From assembly GCA_963848295.1 (NCBI GenBank), contig CAWKDB010000010.1, positions 3,904,001 to 3,968,000 of the forward strand: a stretch of 64,000 nt of DNA, written 5' to 3'. Both the position numbers and the translations under genes were made by a program. Of the stretch, positions 1 to 11,208 are shown piece after piece. Within the stretch, counting starts at the first letter, position 1; the number at the start of each line of letters is the position of its first letter. Below the pieces are notes generated by a model. The model was given only the letters and a program-made list of their open reading frames with translations. It searched no databases and was not told the DNA's origin. This DNA is from an uncultured delta proteobacterium. GTDB lineage: Bacteria; Myxococcota_A; Polyangia; Haliangiales; Haliangiaceae.

Positions 1-22
1 CTGTCGTCTCCGCCGTCGGTGC

Positions 23-1021
23 TCACGGCGCAACCTCGACGCGGTTACGGCCTCGATCCTTCGCGCTGTACATCGCGACATCAGCGCGCTCGATCAGATC
101 GGGCATCGTCTCGCCTTCGTGCCATTGTGCGATGCCGACCGAGATCCGCAAGATCAGCGCGACCCCGTCGCCGACATCGAACGCGCGCTCGCACACGCGC
201 TGGCGCATGCGCTCGCCGATCTCCCAGGCGCGTCCGGCGTCGGCCTTCGGCAGCACGACGAGGAACTCTTCGCCGCCGTAGCGCACGAGCAGGTCGCCGC
301 CGCGGATCGCCCCGCGCAACCGGCGCGCGATCTCAGATAACACGACGTCGCCAGTACCGTGACCATGCTGATCGTTGACCGCCTTGAAATGGTCGACATC
401 GACGAGCGCGACCGACAGCGGCCGATCGCGATCGATCGCGGCTTCGATCTCCGACGGCAACCGCTGGTGCAGGAACTCGCGGTTGAACGCGCCGGTCAGC
501 GGGTCGGTCACCGCGACGCGATGCAGACGCACGTTCTCGATATCGAGCGCGATCGTCGTCGCGATGAACTTGACGAGCTCGAGATCGTCGGCGTGAAATG
601 CGTCTGGCGTCTCGGACGTCGCGGTCACGACGCCGACGCGTTCACCGCGCGAGATCAGCGGCACGCACAGCATCGACGCGATCGGCGTCTGATTCGCGGG
701 CAGCACGACGTAGCGCGCATCCTTCGCGACATCGTGGATCAGCGCCGCTTCGCCCCGTTCGACGACCCAGCCGGCGACGCCTTCGCCGATCGCGAACGAT
801 AGCGTGTGCATCCGCTCGGTGCGCAGGCCGTAGGCGGCCTTCGCGAGCAAGCGCTTGCGATCGGCATCGAGCAACATCACCGAGCACGCCTTCGCGCCGA
901 TCAGCTGGCACACGAGCTCGGCGATCCGCGACAACAGGATCCCCGGATCGAGGTCGGAGCCGACGAGCTTACCGATCTCGAACAGCACTGCAGGCAATCG
1001 CGCGAGCTGCTCGGGGGTCAT
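23..1021 (-). CDS. GAF-sensor diguanylate cyclase (GGDEF domain)
   Basis: N-terminal GAF-like region, TDPLTG motif, DVDHFKAVNDQHGH, RGGD I-site 5 aa before GGEEF. Confidence 0.93.
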   Translation of the reverse strand: MTPEQLARLPAVLFEIGKLVGSDLDPGILLSRIAELVCQLIGAKACSVMLLDADRKRLLAKAAYGLRTERMHTLSFAIGEGVAGWVVERGEAALIHDVAKDARYVVLPANQTPIASMLCVPLISRGERVGVVTATSETPDAFHADDLELVKFIATTIALDIENVRLHRVAVTDPLTGAFNREFLHQRLPSEIEAAIDRDRPLSVALVDVDHFKAVNDQHGHGTGDVVLSEIARRLRGAIRGGDLLVRYGGEEFLVVLPKADAGRAWEIGERMRQRVCERAFDVGDGVALILRISVGIAQWHEGETMPDLIERADVAMYSAKDRGRNRVEVAP

Positions 1022-1024
1022 AGA

Positions 1025-1588
<564 letters not shown>

Positions 1589-1635
1589 GGGGCCGAATGT
1601 ACATGAAGGCGACGACCGCGTTCGATCGGGGTACA

Positions 1636-3168
1636 ATGGATCGAATGGTCGTATCGGGCCACGAAGTCGACCCCGCGATCGGCGCGTTGCTCGGCGAGAC
1701 CACGACGGAGATCGATGTCGCCCGCAAGAACCGGGTGTTCTGTAATCGCAATCTCCGGATGGACTCGATCGAGATGATCGGGTTCGACATGGATTACACG
1801 CTCGCGCTGTACCACCAGGACAAGCTCGAGCAGCTGTCGATCGCGCTGACCCTCCAGAAGATGGTCGCGAACCACGGCTATCCGGAAGCGATCCGGGGCC
1901 TCGTCTACGACTCGCGTTGGGCGATCCGCGGCCTGATGGTCGATCGCGAGCTCGGCAACGTGTTCAAGATGGACCGCCACGCGCACGTCGGCCGCTGCTA
2001 CCACGGGTTGCGCGAGCTCGATCCCGAAGAGCGCAAGCACATCTATCGCCACGAGAAGATCAACCTGTCGGCGGATCGCTTCGAGTGGATCGACACGCTG
2101 TTCGGCCTGCCCGAGGCGGTGATGTACACGACGCTCGTCGATTGGTACGACCGCCAAGGCGGGACTGCCAACTACGACAAGCTGTTCGGCGATATCCGCC
2201 GTTCGATCGACGAGGCGCACCGCGACGACACGCTGAAGTCGGTGATCAAGGCGGACCTCGCGGCGTTCATCGTCAAGGATCCGTTGCTCGGCGAGACGCT
2301 TCACAAGTTCCGCAGCTCGGGCAAGAAGCTGTTCGTGCTCACGAACTCGGCATGGGACTACACGAGCGTCGTGATGAGCTACTTGCTCGACGGCGAGCGC
2401 AAGGCCTACCCGTCGTGGCGCAACTACTTCGACATCGTGATCGTCGGCGGCGCGAAGCCGGCGTTCTTCAACGAGCAGCGGCCGTTCGTCGTGATCGATC
2501 CGGTGACCGGCGCGCCTCCCGAGCCGAACGGCCACAACGGAGAGATCAAGCACCTGTCGCGCGACAAGGTCTATCAAGGCGGAAATGTCGTCGCGTTCGA
2601 GCAGATGACCGGCCTCAGGGGCGAGCAGGTGCTCTACATCGGCGATCACATCTACGGCGACATCCTGCGCCTGCGGAAGCAGCACATGTGGCGCACCGCG
2701 ATGGTGCTGCAAGAGCTCGAGCGCGAGATGTCGGTCAGCGATCGGCTCGAAGCGCAGATCGAGGACCTCGCGTTGCTCGATCGCCGTCATCGCAACCTCG
2801 AGTCCGAGATCGACTACCAGACCCTGCGGCTCAAGAAGTTGCAGCGCCTGCTCGACGAGCCGACGACGACGCCGGCGCTGCACGTTCGGCTCGACGACGA
2901 GCGCAAGCAGACGCGCGATAGCCTCGAGTCGCTGCGGGATCGCGCGCAGATGATGGACGTCGAGGTCGACTCGCTCGAGATCCGGATCGATCGCGCGTAC
3001 AACCCGCACTGGGGCAGCTGCCTGCGCGAGGGCAACGAGAACTCGCGGTTCGGCGAGCAGGTCAACGACTACGCCGATCTCTACACGTCGCGCGTGTCGA
3101 ACTTCAGCCCGTACTCGCCGCTGCGGTACTTCCGCGCGCCGCGCCGGCCGATGCCACACGAGATCTAG
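1636..3168 (+). CDS. HAD-IG family (cN-II-like IMP/GMP) 5'-nucleotidase
   Basis: GFDMDYTLA motif [26 protein letters not shown]; start uncertain (1597/1636/1645). Confidence 0.92.
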   Translation: MDRMVVSGHEVDPAIGALLGETTTEIDVARKNRVFCNRNLRMDSIEMIGFDMDYTLALYHQDKLEQLSIALTLQKMVANHGYPEAIRGLVYDSRWAIRGLMVDRELGNVFKMDRHAHVGRCYHGLRELDPEERKHIYRHEKINLSADRFEWIDTLFGLPEAVMYTTLVDWYDRQGGTANYDKLFGDIRRSIDEAHRDDTLKSVIKADLAAFIVKDPLLGETLHKFRSSGKKLFVLTNSAWDYTSVVMSYLLDGERKAYPSWRNYFDIVIVGGAKPAFFNEQRPFVVIDPVTGAPPEPNGHNGEIKHLSRDKVYQGGNVVAFEQMTGLRGEQVLYIGDHIYGDILRLRKQHMWRTAMVLQELEREMSVSDRLEAQIEDLALLDRRHRNLESEIDYQTLRLKKLQRLLDEPTTTPALHVRLDDERKQTRDSLESLRDRAQMMDVEVDSLEIRIDRAYNPHWGSCLREGNENSRFGEQVNDYADLYTSRVSNFSPYSPLRYFRAPRRPMPHEI

Positions 3169-3183
3169 ATCGGCGCCTGATTC

Positions 3184-5037
3184 TCACAACGGGCGGATCA
3201 CCGAGATCTCACCGCGCGTCCCGCCGAGCACGTCAAGCCGCTCGGGGACGGTGGAGTAGCCCGACGGCGTGCCAACGACGAGGTCGTCGCCGCCGGGGCC
3301 GTCGATCAACGCACCGACGAATTCGACGAGGATCGGCATCCCGAGCGTGTCGCTGGCCGGATTCGTCAGCACCTGCGTCACGCCGGTGTCGAGGCCGGCG
3401 GAGGTGCCGACGTGGACCTCGGCGACGCTCGGCGAGCCGTCGCAATGATGCACACCCGTGCCGGTGCCATCGTGCACGCCGTCGATCTCGAGCAACACGT
3501 CGTCGAAGCCATCGCCGTCGAGGTCACCGCCGCCGATCAGCCAGCCTTGGCGCGGAAAGTTGTCGTACCCAGGCCCGTCGCCGTTCGAGCAACCGGGAAC
3601 GACGTCGACCGGCAGCGTCCATGGCGCGGCTACGCGCAATGTGCTGCTGCCGTACGCGATCACGATCTGCGCGGGCTGGATCCCCTGGAGGTATCCGCCG
3701 CCCTCGAGGTACGTAAACGTGTAGCCCGACGCGCGGAAGCTCCCTACATCGGCGAGGCCGTCGCCGTCGACGTCACCGAGCCCGACGACCTGATCGGTGA
3801 AAGGCAGTCGCGCGATCGTGCGCTGGTACGGATTCGTGCGAGCGCCGGCGAACACGTCGGCGTGGTGGAGCTGGCCGCTGACGACTCGGTCGACCGGATC
3901 GAGCGACTGGACCTCGAGCGCGAGATCGGGGAAGCCATCGCCATCGACATCGCCGACCGGTACGAGCACGTTGCCGGCAGCGGGCGAGAACGGTTGTTCG
4001 TCGTCGGGAACGGCAAACTGGACCACCTCGGGTGCGCCGACCCCGCTCGGACTGCCGTGCAGGATGTCGAGCTCGATGCCGGTGAAGTACGCGATCGTGC
4101 CGCCTTCGTCACCGACCGTAACTCGCGGAGGCAGGGTCAGCTGCACGCCGAGATCGGCGAAGCCATCACCGTCGACGTCGCCGAGCGAGAGCAAGCCGAC
4201 AAGCGTCTCGCCGGTCGGGATCGTGAAAGCGACCGTCTGGACGAGCTGGAGGTTGCTGTCGAGATCGAGCTGATAGCGCATCAGGTTGATCGGGTTGACC
4301 CCGAGCTGCTGCACGGTGACAACCTCGTCGCGGCCGTCGCCGTCGAGATCGAGCACCGGCGTCGCGTACGTGCCGAACGCGTAGTCGGAACCTTCGACAC
4401 TGGCCGTCTTGCCGCTCGCGAGCTCGAGCTCGAGGACTTGCGCCGACGAGTACTGCGACGCCGGCTCGACGCGGAGGATGTCTACCCTGCCATCGCGATC
4501 GAAGTCCGGCTCGAGGCCGAGCGGCTGGATCGTCGGCGCCGCGCCGCCGTTCGAGAAGATCACGCGCGTGGTCGTGTGGTCCGCGCCGATCACTTCGTGA
4601 CCGTCCGGCTGTTGCGAGCGGCCATAGCCGCGCACGAAGTACGCGCCGCGCACGAGCGGGTACGGGAGCGGCGCGCCGGCGGTACCCGTTAGCAGCGCGG
4701 TGACCTCCGAGCACTCGAGGTCGCGGCAGATCTTGACGAGGCTGTCGCTGGCCGCAGGCGACGAGGTCCACGCGACGACCGGGAGGCCCGACGTGCGCGC
4801 GCCCGAGATTGGCGATTGCAGGGTCGGAGCGCCGGGCTCCGCGATGCAGGTCTCGACCACGGTGTCGCACACCGTGCCGACGTCGCATCCGCCAGGGCAT
4901 GTGCGGTTGCGGTCCGAGTCCGGATCGCTGTCGGCGCCGTCGGCCTTGCCGCCGCTGGGCGGTAGCTGCGTCTGCGATGCGGCCGAGCAGCCGAGCGCGG
5001 ACAGCAGCACGGCGCAGATGAGGTCAGTTCGCTTCAT
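3184..5037 (-). CDS. FG-GAP/VCBS-repeat lipoprotein
   Basis: Lipobox ALGC, GGKADG motif, several GDVDGDG(F/L)xD calcium-binding repeats. Confidence 0.8.
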   Translation of the reverse strand: MKRTDLICAVLLSALGCSAASQTQLPPSGGKADGADSDPDSDRNRTCPGGCDVGTVCDTVVETCIAEPGAPTLQSPISGARTSGLPVVAWTSSPAASDSLVKICRDLECSEVTALLTGTAGAPLPYPLVRGAYFVRGYGRSQQPDGHEVIGADHTTTRVIFSNGGAAPTIQPLGLEPDFDRDGRVDILRVEPASQYSSAQVLELELASGKTASVEGSDYAFGTYATPVLDLDGDGRDEVVTVQQLGVNPINLMRYQLDLDSNLQLVQTVAFTIPTGETLVGLLSLGDVDGDGFADLGVQLTLPPRVTVGDEGGTIAYFTGIELDILHGSPSGVGAPEVVQFAVPDDEQPFSPAAGNVLVPVGDVDGDGFPDLALEVQSLDPVDRVVSGQLHHADVFAGARTNPYQRTIARLPFTDQVVGLGDVDGDGLADVGSFRASGYTFTYLEGGGYLQGIQPAQIVIAYGSSTLRVAAPWTLPVDVVPGCSNGDGPGYDNFPRQGWLIGGGDLDGDGFDDVLLEIDGVHDGTGTGVHHCDGSPSVAEVHVGTSAGLDTGVTQVLTNPASDTLGMPILVEFVGALIDGPGGDDLVVGTPSGYSTVPERLDVLGGTRGEISVIRPL

Positions 5038-5170
5038 GGCGGCAGCCATATAGAGGCCCCGGACTGCCAAGCTCAACGACGGGTTTGTAACGAGTCCGCT
5101 ACCGCGAGCTTTGCGACAGTGATCACTAAACGGTTACTGGCATTGTCACTGATGTTGTAGCCTCGCTCGC

Positions 5171-5569
5171 GTGCGTACCTGGTGGCTCGTCGCGGTGCTG
5201 ATCGCGTGCGGCGACGCGGGGCGAGCGAAAGACTGCGACCAGCTCGCGGCGATGCTAAAGCCCGTGGGCGAGATGCCACCTCGCTACGACGAGTGGTCAG
5301 AGCTCGGCACGCACGATTGGCAGAATCCCGATGTACGCGCCACGGTGCACCAGTTTGTTGCGCCGTTTCGAATCGCACAATCCGGGCGCGACCCGATGGC
5401 GCGGTCTTTGTTCCCGACGGTTCGCACCTCGTTCGCGGGGATCGACTTCGGCTGGACGCTCTATACGCCTTACACGGTGGCTCCGCGCAATGACGCGTTC
5501 TCCTATCGTCGACGACCCGGTCGGTTCGCCGCGCTGCGTTCGGTGTGTCCGGCGATCTCGAGCGACTGA
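5171..5569 (+). CDS. Hypothetical lipoprotein
   Basis: GTG start, hydrophobic signal ending LIAC; fills gap between flanking genes. Confidence 0.5.
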   Translation: MRTWWLVAVLIACGDAGRAKDCDQLAAMLKPVGEMPPRYDEWSELGTHDWQNPDVRATVHQFVAPFRIAQSGRDPMARSLFPTVRTSFAGIDFGWTLYTPYTVAPRNDAFSYRRRPGRFAALRSVCPAISSD

Positions 5570-5570
5570 G

Positions 5571-6164
5571 TTACTTGATCACGAGCGAGCTCGCGATCGC
5601 GGCGCACGCGCTCCGCGATGTCGCGCCTTCGGGACCGACGCAGTTCAGCTGGTACATCCGCGCTTGCTCGGCGACGATGAGATACCAGCCGTACAAGCGG
5701 CGATGGTCCGCGGTGGTGACTTCGAAGACCTGAGTAGCTCGGCCTGCGAGCATTCCGGTCTCGTTCTTCGCGACCTTGCCACCGGCGGCGTCGGCGAGCG
5801 TCTGCGGCACGGACGCCAACGTGCCCGCAATCTCGGGCGGGATCGCGCCGTCCTCGACCGTGGCGATCGCAAACTGCACGTCGACCGGACTCCCCGGCAT
5901 CACCGCCTGCGCGTTGAACACCTCGACACCGCTCTGCGACATCATCTCGCCGGTGATCGTCGGCTTCTGCGGCAGCGTGATCGTCACGTGGCCACTGCCG
6001 TCGCTGACCACGAACGCGCCGGCTGTTTCGGTCACGTTCAGCGAACCATGCTTGCGAACATCGCCGTCGCTCGTCGCCGGGGCCTTGACCTCGACTGCGA
6101 TCGGTGTCGGTTCCGACTTCTTGCACGCGGCGACGATGCAGAGCACGAGTACGAGCCGGTTCAT
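5571..6164 (-). CDS. Hypothetical lipoprotein
   Basis: MNRLVLVLCIVAAC lipobox; longer upstream ORF overlaps next gene and is rejected. Confidence 0.7.
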   Translation of the reverse strand: MNRLVLVLCIVAACKKSEPTPIAVEVKAPATSDGDVRKHGSLNVTETAGAFVVSDGSGHVTITLPQKPTITGEMMSQSGVEVFNAQAVMPGSPVDVQFAIATVEDGAIPPEIAGTLASVPQTLADAAGGKVAKNETGMLAGRATQVFEVTTADHRRLYGWYLIVAEQARMYQLNCVGPEGATSRSACAAIASSLVIK

Positions 6165-6177
6165 GGCGGGCACTGTC

Positions 6178-7749
6178 TCACGGCGCCGGCGGGCGCGGCA
6201 GCTCGAGCGGGGCGGTGACGCCGAGCCACTTCGCGAGCATCGGCGCGATCTGCGTCGTCGGAATCTCGCCGGTCGGTGCGGTCGGCGCGGGATGGTTCGC
6301 GCGCTTGCCCGGCGGCACGACGAGCACCGGGACGAGGCGATCGTAGTCGTGCAGCGAGCCGTGCGCCGTCGCGAGTGGGGCATCGTCACTCTCGGTGATC
6401 CAGCCCTTCGCCGGCATGTAGAACAAGTCGCCGCTGCGCTCGGGATCGAACGAGTTGCACAGTGCTCGCGCATCGCCGGTGCGCGTCTCGCAATGGCCTT
6501 CGTACGGCGCGGTGCGATCGACCTTCTCGAGGCCGGGGAATGCGCGCAACGCGAACACGACGCGCCGCATCGCCGCGTCGAGCTCGCCCTTCGGCTGCGC
6601 GAGCATCGCCTTCGAGAAGTAGATGTTCGGGAAGTGTGCGTTGTCGATCCACGTGCCCGGGCCGAGCACCGCCGACGCCGCATCGTTCGCCGCCTTCTGG
6701 ATCTCGCTGTACTTGATCCGACCGCCGCCGAGGCGCTCGGGCATCGGGCTCGCGCCGTGATCGCTCGTCACGATCATCCCCCACGCGCCGGCGCCGACCG
6801 CGCGATCGAGCTCGCCGAGGAATTGCCCGAGCCGCGCGTCGAGGCGGAGGTCGCCGTCCCAGGTCTCCCACGACTCTTGCCCCCACGCGTGGCCGATGAA
6901 GTCGTGCGCCGACAGGCTGACGATGAGCAGATCGGGCGAGCGATGCGTGCCGAGGTGCTCGCCGGCGATCGCGGCGAGCGCGGTGTCGAACACGAGGTCG
7001 TTGCCGGCGGGCGCCGCGAAGATCGCGTCGTTGGGGTCCTTCGTCGCGCCGAGGTCGTGCGGGAACGTCGTGCCGAGCCCTCGGTCGCCGACCTCGCCGG
7101 GTTGGTCGTCGGGCACGCCCGACAGCTCCGCGAGATGCGCGGGATCGAGCGGCGTCCAGACCTCGTGCGTGCGCGCCGCGATCGGATGGCTCCGGTCGAG
7201 CTCGGCGAGCCATGCCGGCGGCTGTTGGCTCGTCATCTCGCCGGTCTTCGAGTCGTACCAGACCGCGAGCCCGCTGTGGCCGAGCGCCAGGATCGCGGCG
7301 CGATCTTTGAGGCTGATCGCGACCGCTTTCGCGCCGGTGTGCGCCGCCGCGATCGAATCGCCGAGCCCCGGCACGCGCAGCCACACCGCGCTCGTCGAGC
7401 CGTCCTCGGCTTCGGCCGCCTTGAGCGAGCGCCCGAGATCGCGATGCCACCACTCGTTCGAGACGATACCGCTGATCGAGGTCGGCGCGCCGGTGCCGAG
7501 CAACGCGTGCCCGGGCGCGGTCAGCGTCGCGGCGGTCGGATTGCGACCGACGAGCCACTCCCCGGCATCGAGCAAGCGATCGAAACCGCCGCCGTGCAGC
7601 GCGGGTCGCTTCGCTTCGAACGACCACTCCGGCCACTGATCGACGACGACGAGCACGACGAGCTTGGTGCCGGCGGCCGGCTTCGGATGGCTCGGTGCCG
7701 AGCAGGCGACGACCAGCATCGCCAGGAGCGCGCGCTGCATCGTCGGCAT
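6178..7749 (-). CDS. Alkaline phosphatase superfamily (PafA/NPP-like) lipoprotein
   Basis: LVVLVVVDQ, TLTAPGHA nucleophile motif, SLKDRAA, DFIGHAWG, TSDHG, HGS. Confidence 0.9.
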   Translation of the reverse strand: MPTMQRALLAMLVVACSAPSHPKPAAGTKLVVLVVVDQWPEWSFEAKRPALHGGGFDRLLDAGEWLVGRNPTAATLTAPGHALLGTGAPTSISGIVSNEWWHRDLGRSLKAAEAEDGSTSAVWLRVPGLGDSIAAAHTGAKAVAISLKDRAAILALGHSGLAVWYDSKTGEMTSQQPPAWLAELDRSHPIAARTHEVWTPLDPAHLAELSGVPDDQPGEVGDRGLGTTFPHDLGATKDPNDAIFAAPAGNDLVFDTALAAIAGEHLGTHRSPDLLIVSLSAHDFIGHAWGQESWETWDGDLRLDARLGQFLGELDRAVGAGAWGMIVTSDHGASPMPERLGGGRIKYSEIQKAANDAASAVLGPGTWIDNAHFPNIYFSKAMLAQPKGELDAAMRRVVFALRAFPGLEKVDRTAPYEGHCETRTGDARALCNSFDPERSGDLFYMPAKGWITESDDAPLATAHGSLHDYDRLVPVLVVPPGKRANHPAPTAPTGEIPTTQIAPMLAKWLGVTAPLELPRPPAP

Positions 7750-8577
7750 CTAGTGCCACAACGACGACAAGAGGTCGACGAGCGCTCCGCCCGAGCCGTA
7801 CGACGACACCCGTGGATCGATCGAGACTTGCAGCTTGTCCGCGCGCGCCTCGTCGCGTTCGCGGCGGATCTGATCGCGCATGCGCTCGAGGTCCTTGCGC
7901 TGCGCCTCTTCGAGCCCGCCCTGCATGACGAACTCGATGATCACCGGTAGCTCGCCGGCATCGAAGTACGTGCCGTGAGCGCGACAGACGTCGACGATCA
8001 CGCCGGTGCCCGCCGCGAACAGCTTGCGATTCATGATCTGCGCGCAGATCGGACACTTCACGTACATCTTGTCCGCCGGGCGCGTCATCGAGACCTCGTG
8101 CTTCGGGATCGCACCGAGCAGCGCGTCGGCGCGAGACTGCGCGCGATCGAAGATCACGCGCTTGATCGCGGTCTGATCGAGGAACAGCCCGAGGCACTGG
8201 CCGCACTCGTCGATCACGATGTCGGCGACGAGCCGCGCGCGCAGCGCGGTCGTGCAGCGCGGGCACGGCCGATCCTTGAGCGTCTCGCCGACCGCCGCGA
8301 CATCGAGCTCGGACCCGCACTCCGGGCAATGTTTGTGGCCCGCGAACACGCGCGACATGCAACGCGGGCACGCCTTGAGCAACAGCTCTTCGTTGCAGTA
8401 CTGGCACTTCGATGCGGTCGGCGACACGCCGCCGCCGCAATGCGGGCACATCAACAGGCCGGCTTGCTTCGGCTCGTGCAGCGTCATCATCGTGCCGCAT
8501 CGGCAGCGGAACTGCTGGCCGTCTTGGTGACCGGTGACGTCGTACCGGGTGTCGCACGAGGGGCACGCGAGGATCAT
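7750..8577 (-). CDS. Multi zinc-ribbon (zf-TFIIB-like) protein
   Basis: About ten CxxC/CxC pairs; [13 protein letters not shown] and [16 protein letters not shown] motifs. Confidence 0.8.
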   Translation of the reverse strand: MILACPSCDTRYDVTGHQDGQQFRCRCGTMMTLHEPKQAGLLMCPHCGGGVSPTASKCQYCNEELLLKACPRCMSRVFAGHKHCPECGSELDVAAVGETLKDRPCPRCTTALRARLVADIVIDECGQCLGLFLDQTAIKRVIFDRAQSRADALLGAIPKHEVSMTRPADKMYVKCPICAQIMNRKLFAAGTGVIVDVCRAHGTYFDAGELPVIIEFVMQGGLEEAQRKDLERMRDQIRRERDEARADKLQVSIDPRVSSYGSGGALVDLLSSLWH

Positions 8578-10469
8578 CGCGGCGATGATAGCGCGATCGG
8601 GACCACGCGCTCGAATGCCACGTAGCGAGAACTGCGCGCGCGAGCGAGCGCTTGCTCGTACAGGGTGCGTTGCGCGCCGGGGAGCTCGCCGGCGAGCCGG
8701 GCTTCGTAGAGGTGCTCGTAGTAGTCGTCGGGGTGGACCTCGACGGTGATTCGCGCGGCGGTCGCCTCGGCTGTCCGGCCGCCGGACCAGGCGCGCGCCA
8801 TCGCGACATGCTCGCCCGGAGGGATCCGGGTATCGGCGCGCTCGTGCCAGCGGCCATCGAAGTAGACGTCGCGGCCGATCCGTAGCGAGTCCGCCGCGCC
8901 GGCGATCGCGGCGCCCGTGCAATCGACGAGCGCGATCCTCAGCCAGACCGCGGGAGTCGGCGTGGTCGGCAAGTCATGACCGGCGCCGATGTTCTCGAGC
9001 TCGGCGAGGACGGTGACGCGGTCGCTAGCCGGGACCCGCGCCCGGCCAGCAGCGCCGCCGAATGGCGGTGCGGTTAGATCGCTGCGATGCGCGCTCGCGG
9101 TCAGCTTCGCGCCCTGGCGGAACGTGGTCGGATCGTGAATGCCGAGCCAGGTGTGCTCGCGGTTCGGCATGTGGCAGCTCTGGCACTCGATGCCGCGCGG
9201 CATGTACGGACCTTCGAGCCACTCGCGATAGGTGTCGAGCAACGGCCGGCCGGCCACCGCGGTGCGCGCCGGCAGCTGGTGACACGGCATGCAGAAGTCG
9301 GCGCGCTCGTAGATCGTCTGCTCGACGCGCGGATAGCCCGGCGCCGCGAGCAACGTCGGCGACAGGTTCGGCGGGCCGTGCCGGACCCAGCCTCGAACGT
9401 GACACGCCGCGCACGTCGCGCCCTCGGTCGCGAGCTCGAGGTCGGCGCGCTGTTCGGCCAGCGGCGTGTGGCAACGCGGGCAGGTCTCGGGCTCGTCGCG
9501 CAGCCCGTGCGCGACCTGCGCCGAAAATCCCGGCGATGCGGCGGCGGCGTGCAGCGACGGCTGCCACTCGCGCACTTGCTTCGCGTGACAGCGGCCGCAT
9601 TGGCGAGCTGACAATGACGCCTCGGCCGGCGCGAGCTGAGCCAACGGCGGACCTTGCGCCGGGATCGCGGCGGGGAACAGCTGCGCACCGTCGCCCGCCG
9701 CCGGGTAGACGCCGACGATCGAGGTGTCGCTGGCGATCGCGCGACTCGGCAACGCGCGGTGATCCGCGGTCGCGCCCGCGCCGAGCGCGAGCACGTGATC
9801 GGCGAGCGACCAGACATCGTCGGGCTTGACCACGCCGTCGAACGCCGGCATCTGCGTGCCGCTGAGCCCGGTCAGGATGCTCATCGCGACCGCGGCGCGC
9901 TCGGCGCCCGGCGCGTGCGGGCGGTGGATCGGCTCGACCGCGAGGTCGTACGGCGGGATCGCGTAGGCCTTCGCGCTCGGACCATCGCCGCGGCCGTGCT
10001 CGCCGTGGCACGCCTCGCACAACTGCGTCCACAGCTGCGCGCCGCGGCCCGGATCTCCCGGCCGCGATGGCCCGAGCGCGATCGCGGCGCTCGCTGCGAA
10101 CGGCTTCGGCGCGAAGGCCCTGACGACATCGATCGCGCGATCGATCTGCCAGGCCGTGAGTATGTCGCCGAACGCGGGCATCGACGTGCCGTCGGCACCC
10201 CAGCGCACGGTCGCTCGCAGGTCGTCCTCGAGCGGATCTTGGCCGACTGGCGTCGACCGCCACTTGAACTGGCCATCGGTGAAGGCGCGCGGCGGACGCT
10301 GCGTGAACGCGGCGCCGGGGCCACGGCCATCGCCGGCTTCGCCGTGGCACGCGGCACAACGCGTGAGATAGATCGACCAACCTGGCAACGCCTGCGGATC
10401 GCCGGCGGCGCGCGCGGCCGGCGCGATCGCGATCGTCGCGGCAACTGTTACAGCGACGCAAAACCGCAC
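8574..10469 (-). CDS. Secreted multiheme c-type cytochrome (7 CxxCH)
   Basis: Signal peptide; CAACH, CEACH, CGRCH, CPRCH, CAACH, CMPCH, CQSCH; GAGHxLPT motif. Confidence 0.88.
   Translation of the reverse strand: MRFCVAVTVAATIAIAPAARAAGDPQALPGWSIYLTRCAACHGEAGDGRGPGAAFTQRPPRAFTDGQFKWRSTPVGQDPLEDDLRATVRWGADGTSMPAFGDILTAWQIDRAIDVVRAFAPKPFAASAAIALGPSRPGDPGRGAQLWTQLCEACHGEHGRGDGPSAKAYAIPPYDLAVEPIHRPHAPGAERAAVAMSILTGLSGTQMPAFDGVVKPDDVWSLADHVLALGAGATADHRALPSRAIASDTSIVGVYPAAGDGAQLFPAAIPAQGPPLAQLAPAEASLSARQCGRCHAKQVREWQPSLHAAAASPGFSAQVAHGLRDEPETCPRCHTPLAEQRADLELATEGATCAACHVRGWVRHGPPNLSPTLLAAPGYPRVEQTIYERADFCMPCHQLPARTAVAGRPLLDTYREWLEGPYMPRGIECQSCHMPNREHTWLGIHDPTTFRQGAKLTASAHRSDLTAPPFGGAAGRARVPASDRVTVLAELENIGAGHDLPTTPTPAVWLRIALVDCTGAAIAGAADSLRIGRDVYFDGRWHERADTRIPPGEHVAMARAWSGGRTAEATAARITVEVHPDDYYEHLYEARLAGELPGAQRTLYEQALARARSSRYVAFERVVPIALSSPR
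9022..9083. repeat. 57-bp double-hairpin element inserted in frame in the cytochrome gene
   Basis: TCGCT at 9022 and 9079 (57 bp apart); hairpins GCCGGG/CCCGGC and GCGCCGCC/GGCGGTGC; similar to mutY repeat unit. Confidence 0.7.
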
Positions 10470-10516
10470 GAGGACCAGGCTGCAACAAACCCGAGGGCCA
10501 TGCTATCTCCCGCCGC

Positions 10517-10652
10517 ATGATCCGCACGAAGATCCTTGGCCTGGGCAGCTACGTGCCGGACCGGATCGTGCCGAACGAGGAGCTCCATTCCTCGATGATC
10601 AGCACGTCCGACAGGCGACGCAGCAAACCGAAACCAGCGACGCCTGATCTTC
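10517..10652 (+). pseudogene. fabH: 5' fragment of 3-oxoacyl-ACP synthase III (fabH-like)
   Basis: MIRTKILGLGSYVPDRIVPNEEL, then after a 1-nt shift FLDDQHVRQATQQTETSDA(W)I, matching the FabH N-terminus; similarity then stops. Confidence 0.65.
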
Positions 10653-10708
10653 ACGCTATGAATATCGTCGACATGGTCAAGGACGCCACCCGTGATACGC
10701 TGGATGAG

Positions 10709-10930
10709 ATGGCCGGCGCACGTGTGGTCCACTGGAATGGCAAGGATGTTCCCGATGAGCTACGCGAGCTGCCGGCGGGCGCCTACCTCCTCGAGCCAGT
10801 GGATCGATCCCCGCCGCTGACCGCCGAAGAAGAGGATGGGCTGCGAGCGGCGATGGCATCGCTTCGCGCCGACACGGGCCGCACCGTCGATCAGGTACGG
10901 CAGAGCATCGACACGATCCTCCGCCGGTGA
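10709..10930 (+). CDS. Putative antitoxin of the ParE/RelE pair
   Basis: 73-aa ORF (LTAEEEDGLRAAMASL...TVDQVR) overlapping the toxin start by GTGA. Confidence 0.65.
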   Translation: MAGARVVHWNGKDVPDELRELPAGAYLLEPVDRSPPLTAEEEDGLRAAMASLRADTGRTVDQVRQSIDTILRR

Positions 10931-11208
10931 CGATCTACTTCTCGCCGGAGGCGGAGGATGACCTCGCTGGCGTCATCGGCTATCTCGAAGCGGAATCCGA
11001 TCGCGGCGGCCGAGCTCGGACGCCGAATCTTCGAGATCATCGACAAGCTCGCACGTGGCGATTCGATGGACCTGAGCAGGCGCTGACGACGGGTGAGGTC
11101 GTGCATAGCTGGCCGGTACCCCCGCTACGCATCTACTACCAACGACACGTCGACACGTTCTGGGTATTGCGGATCTATCATCAGGCACAGCCTCCCATCA
11201 CTCGGTGA
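10927..11208 (+). CDS. ParE/RelE family toxin with two compensating indels
   Basis: FSPEAEDDLAGVIGYL N-terminus, RIYYQ..VLRIYH C-terminus; middle helix RNPIAAAELGRRIFEIIDKL lies in the +1 frame. Confidence 0.75.
   Translation: MTIYFSPEAEDDLAGVIGYLEAESDRGGRARTPNLRDHRQARTWRFDGPEQALTTGEVVHSWPVPPLRIYYQRHVDTFWVLRIYHQAQPPITR

Noticed and set aside
10517..10930. 137-aa ORF as a real FabH-antitoxin fusion
   Set aside because: The FabH-like sequence leaves this frame after about 23 codons; better read as a remnant plus a separate antitoxin starting at 10709.
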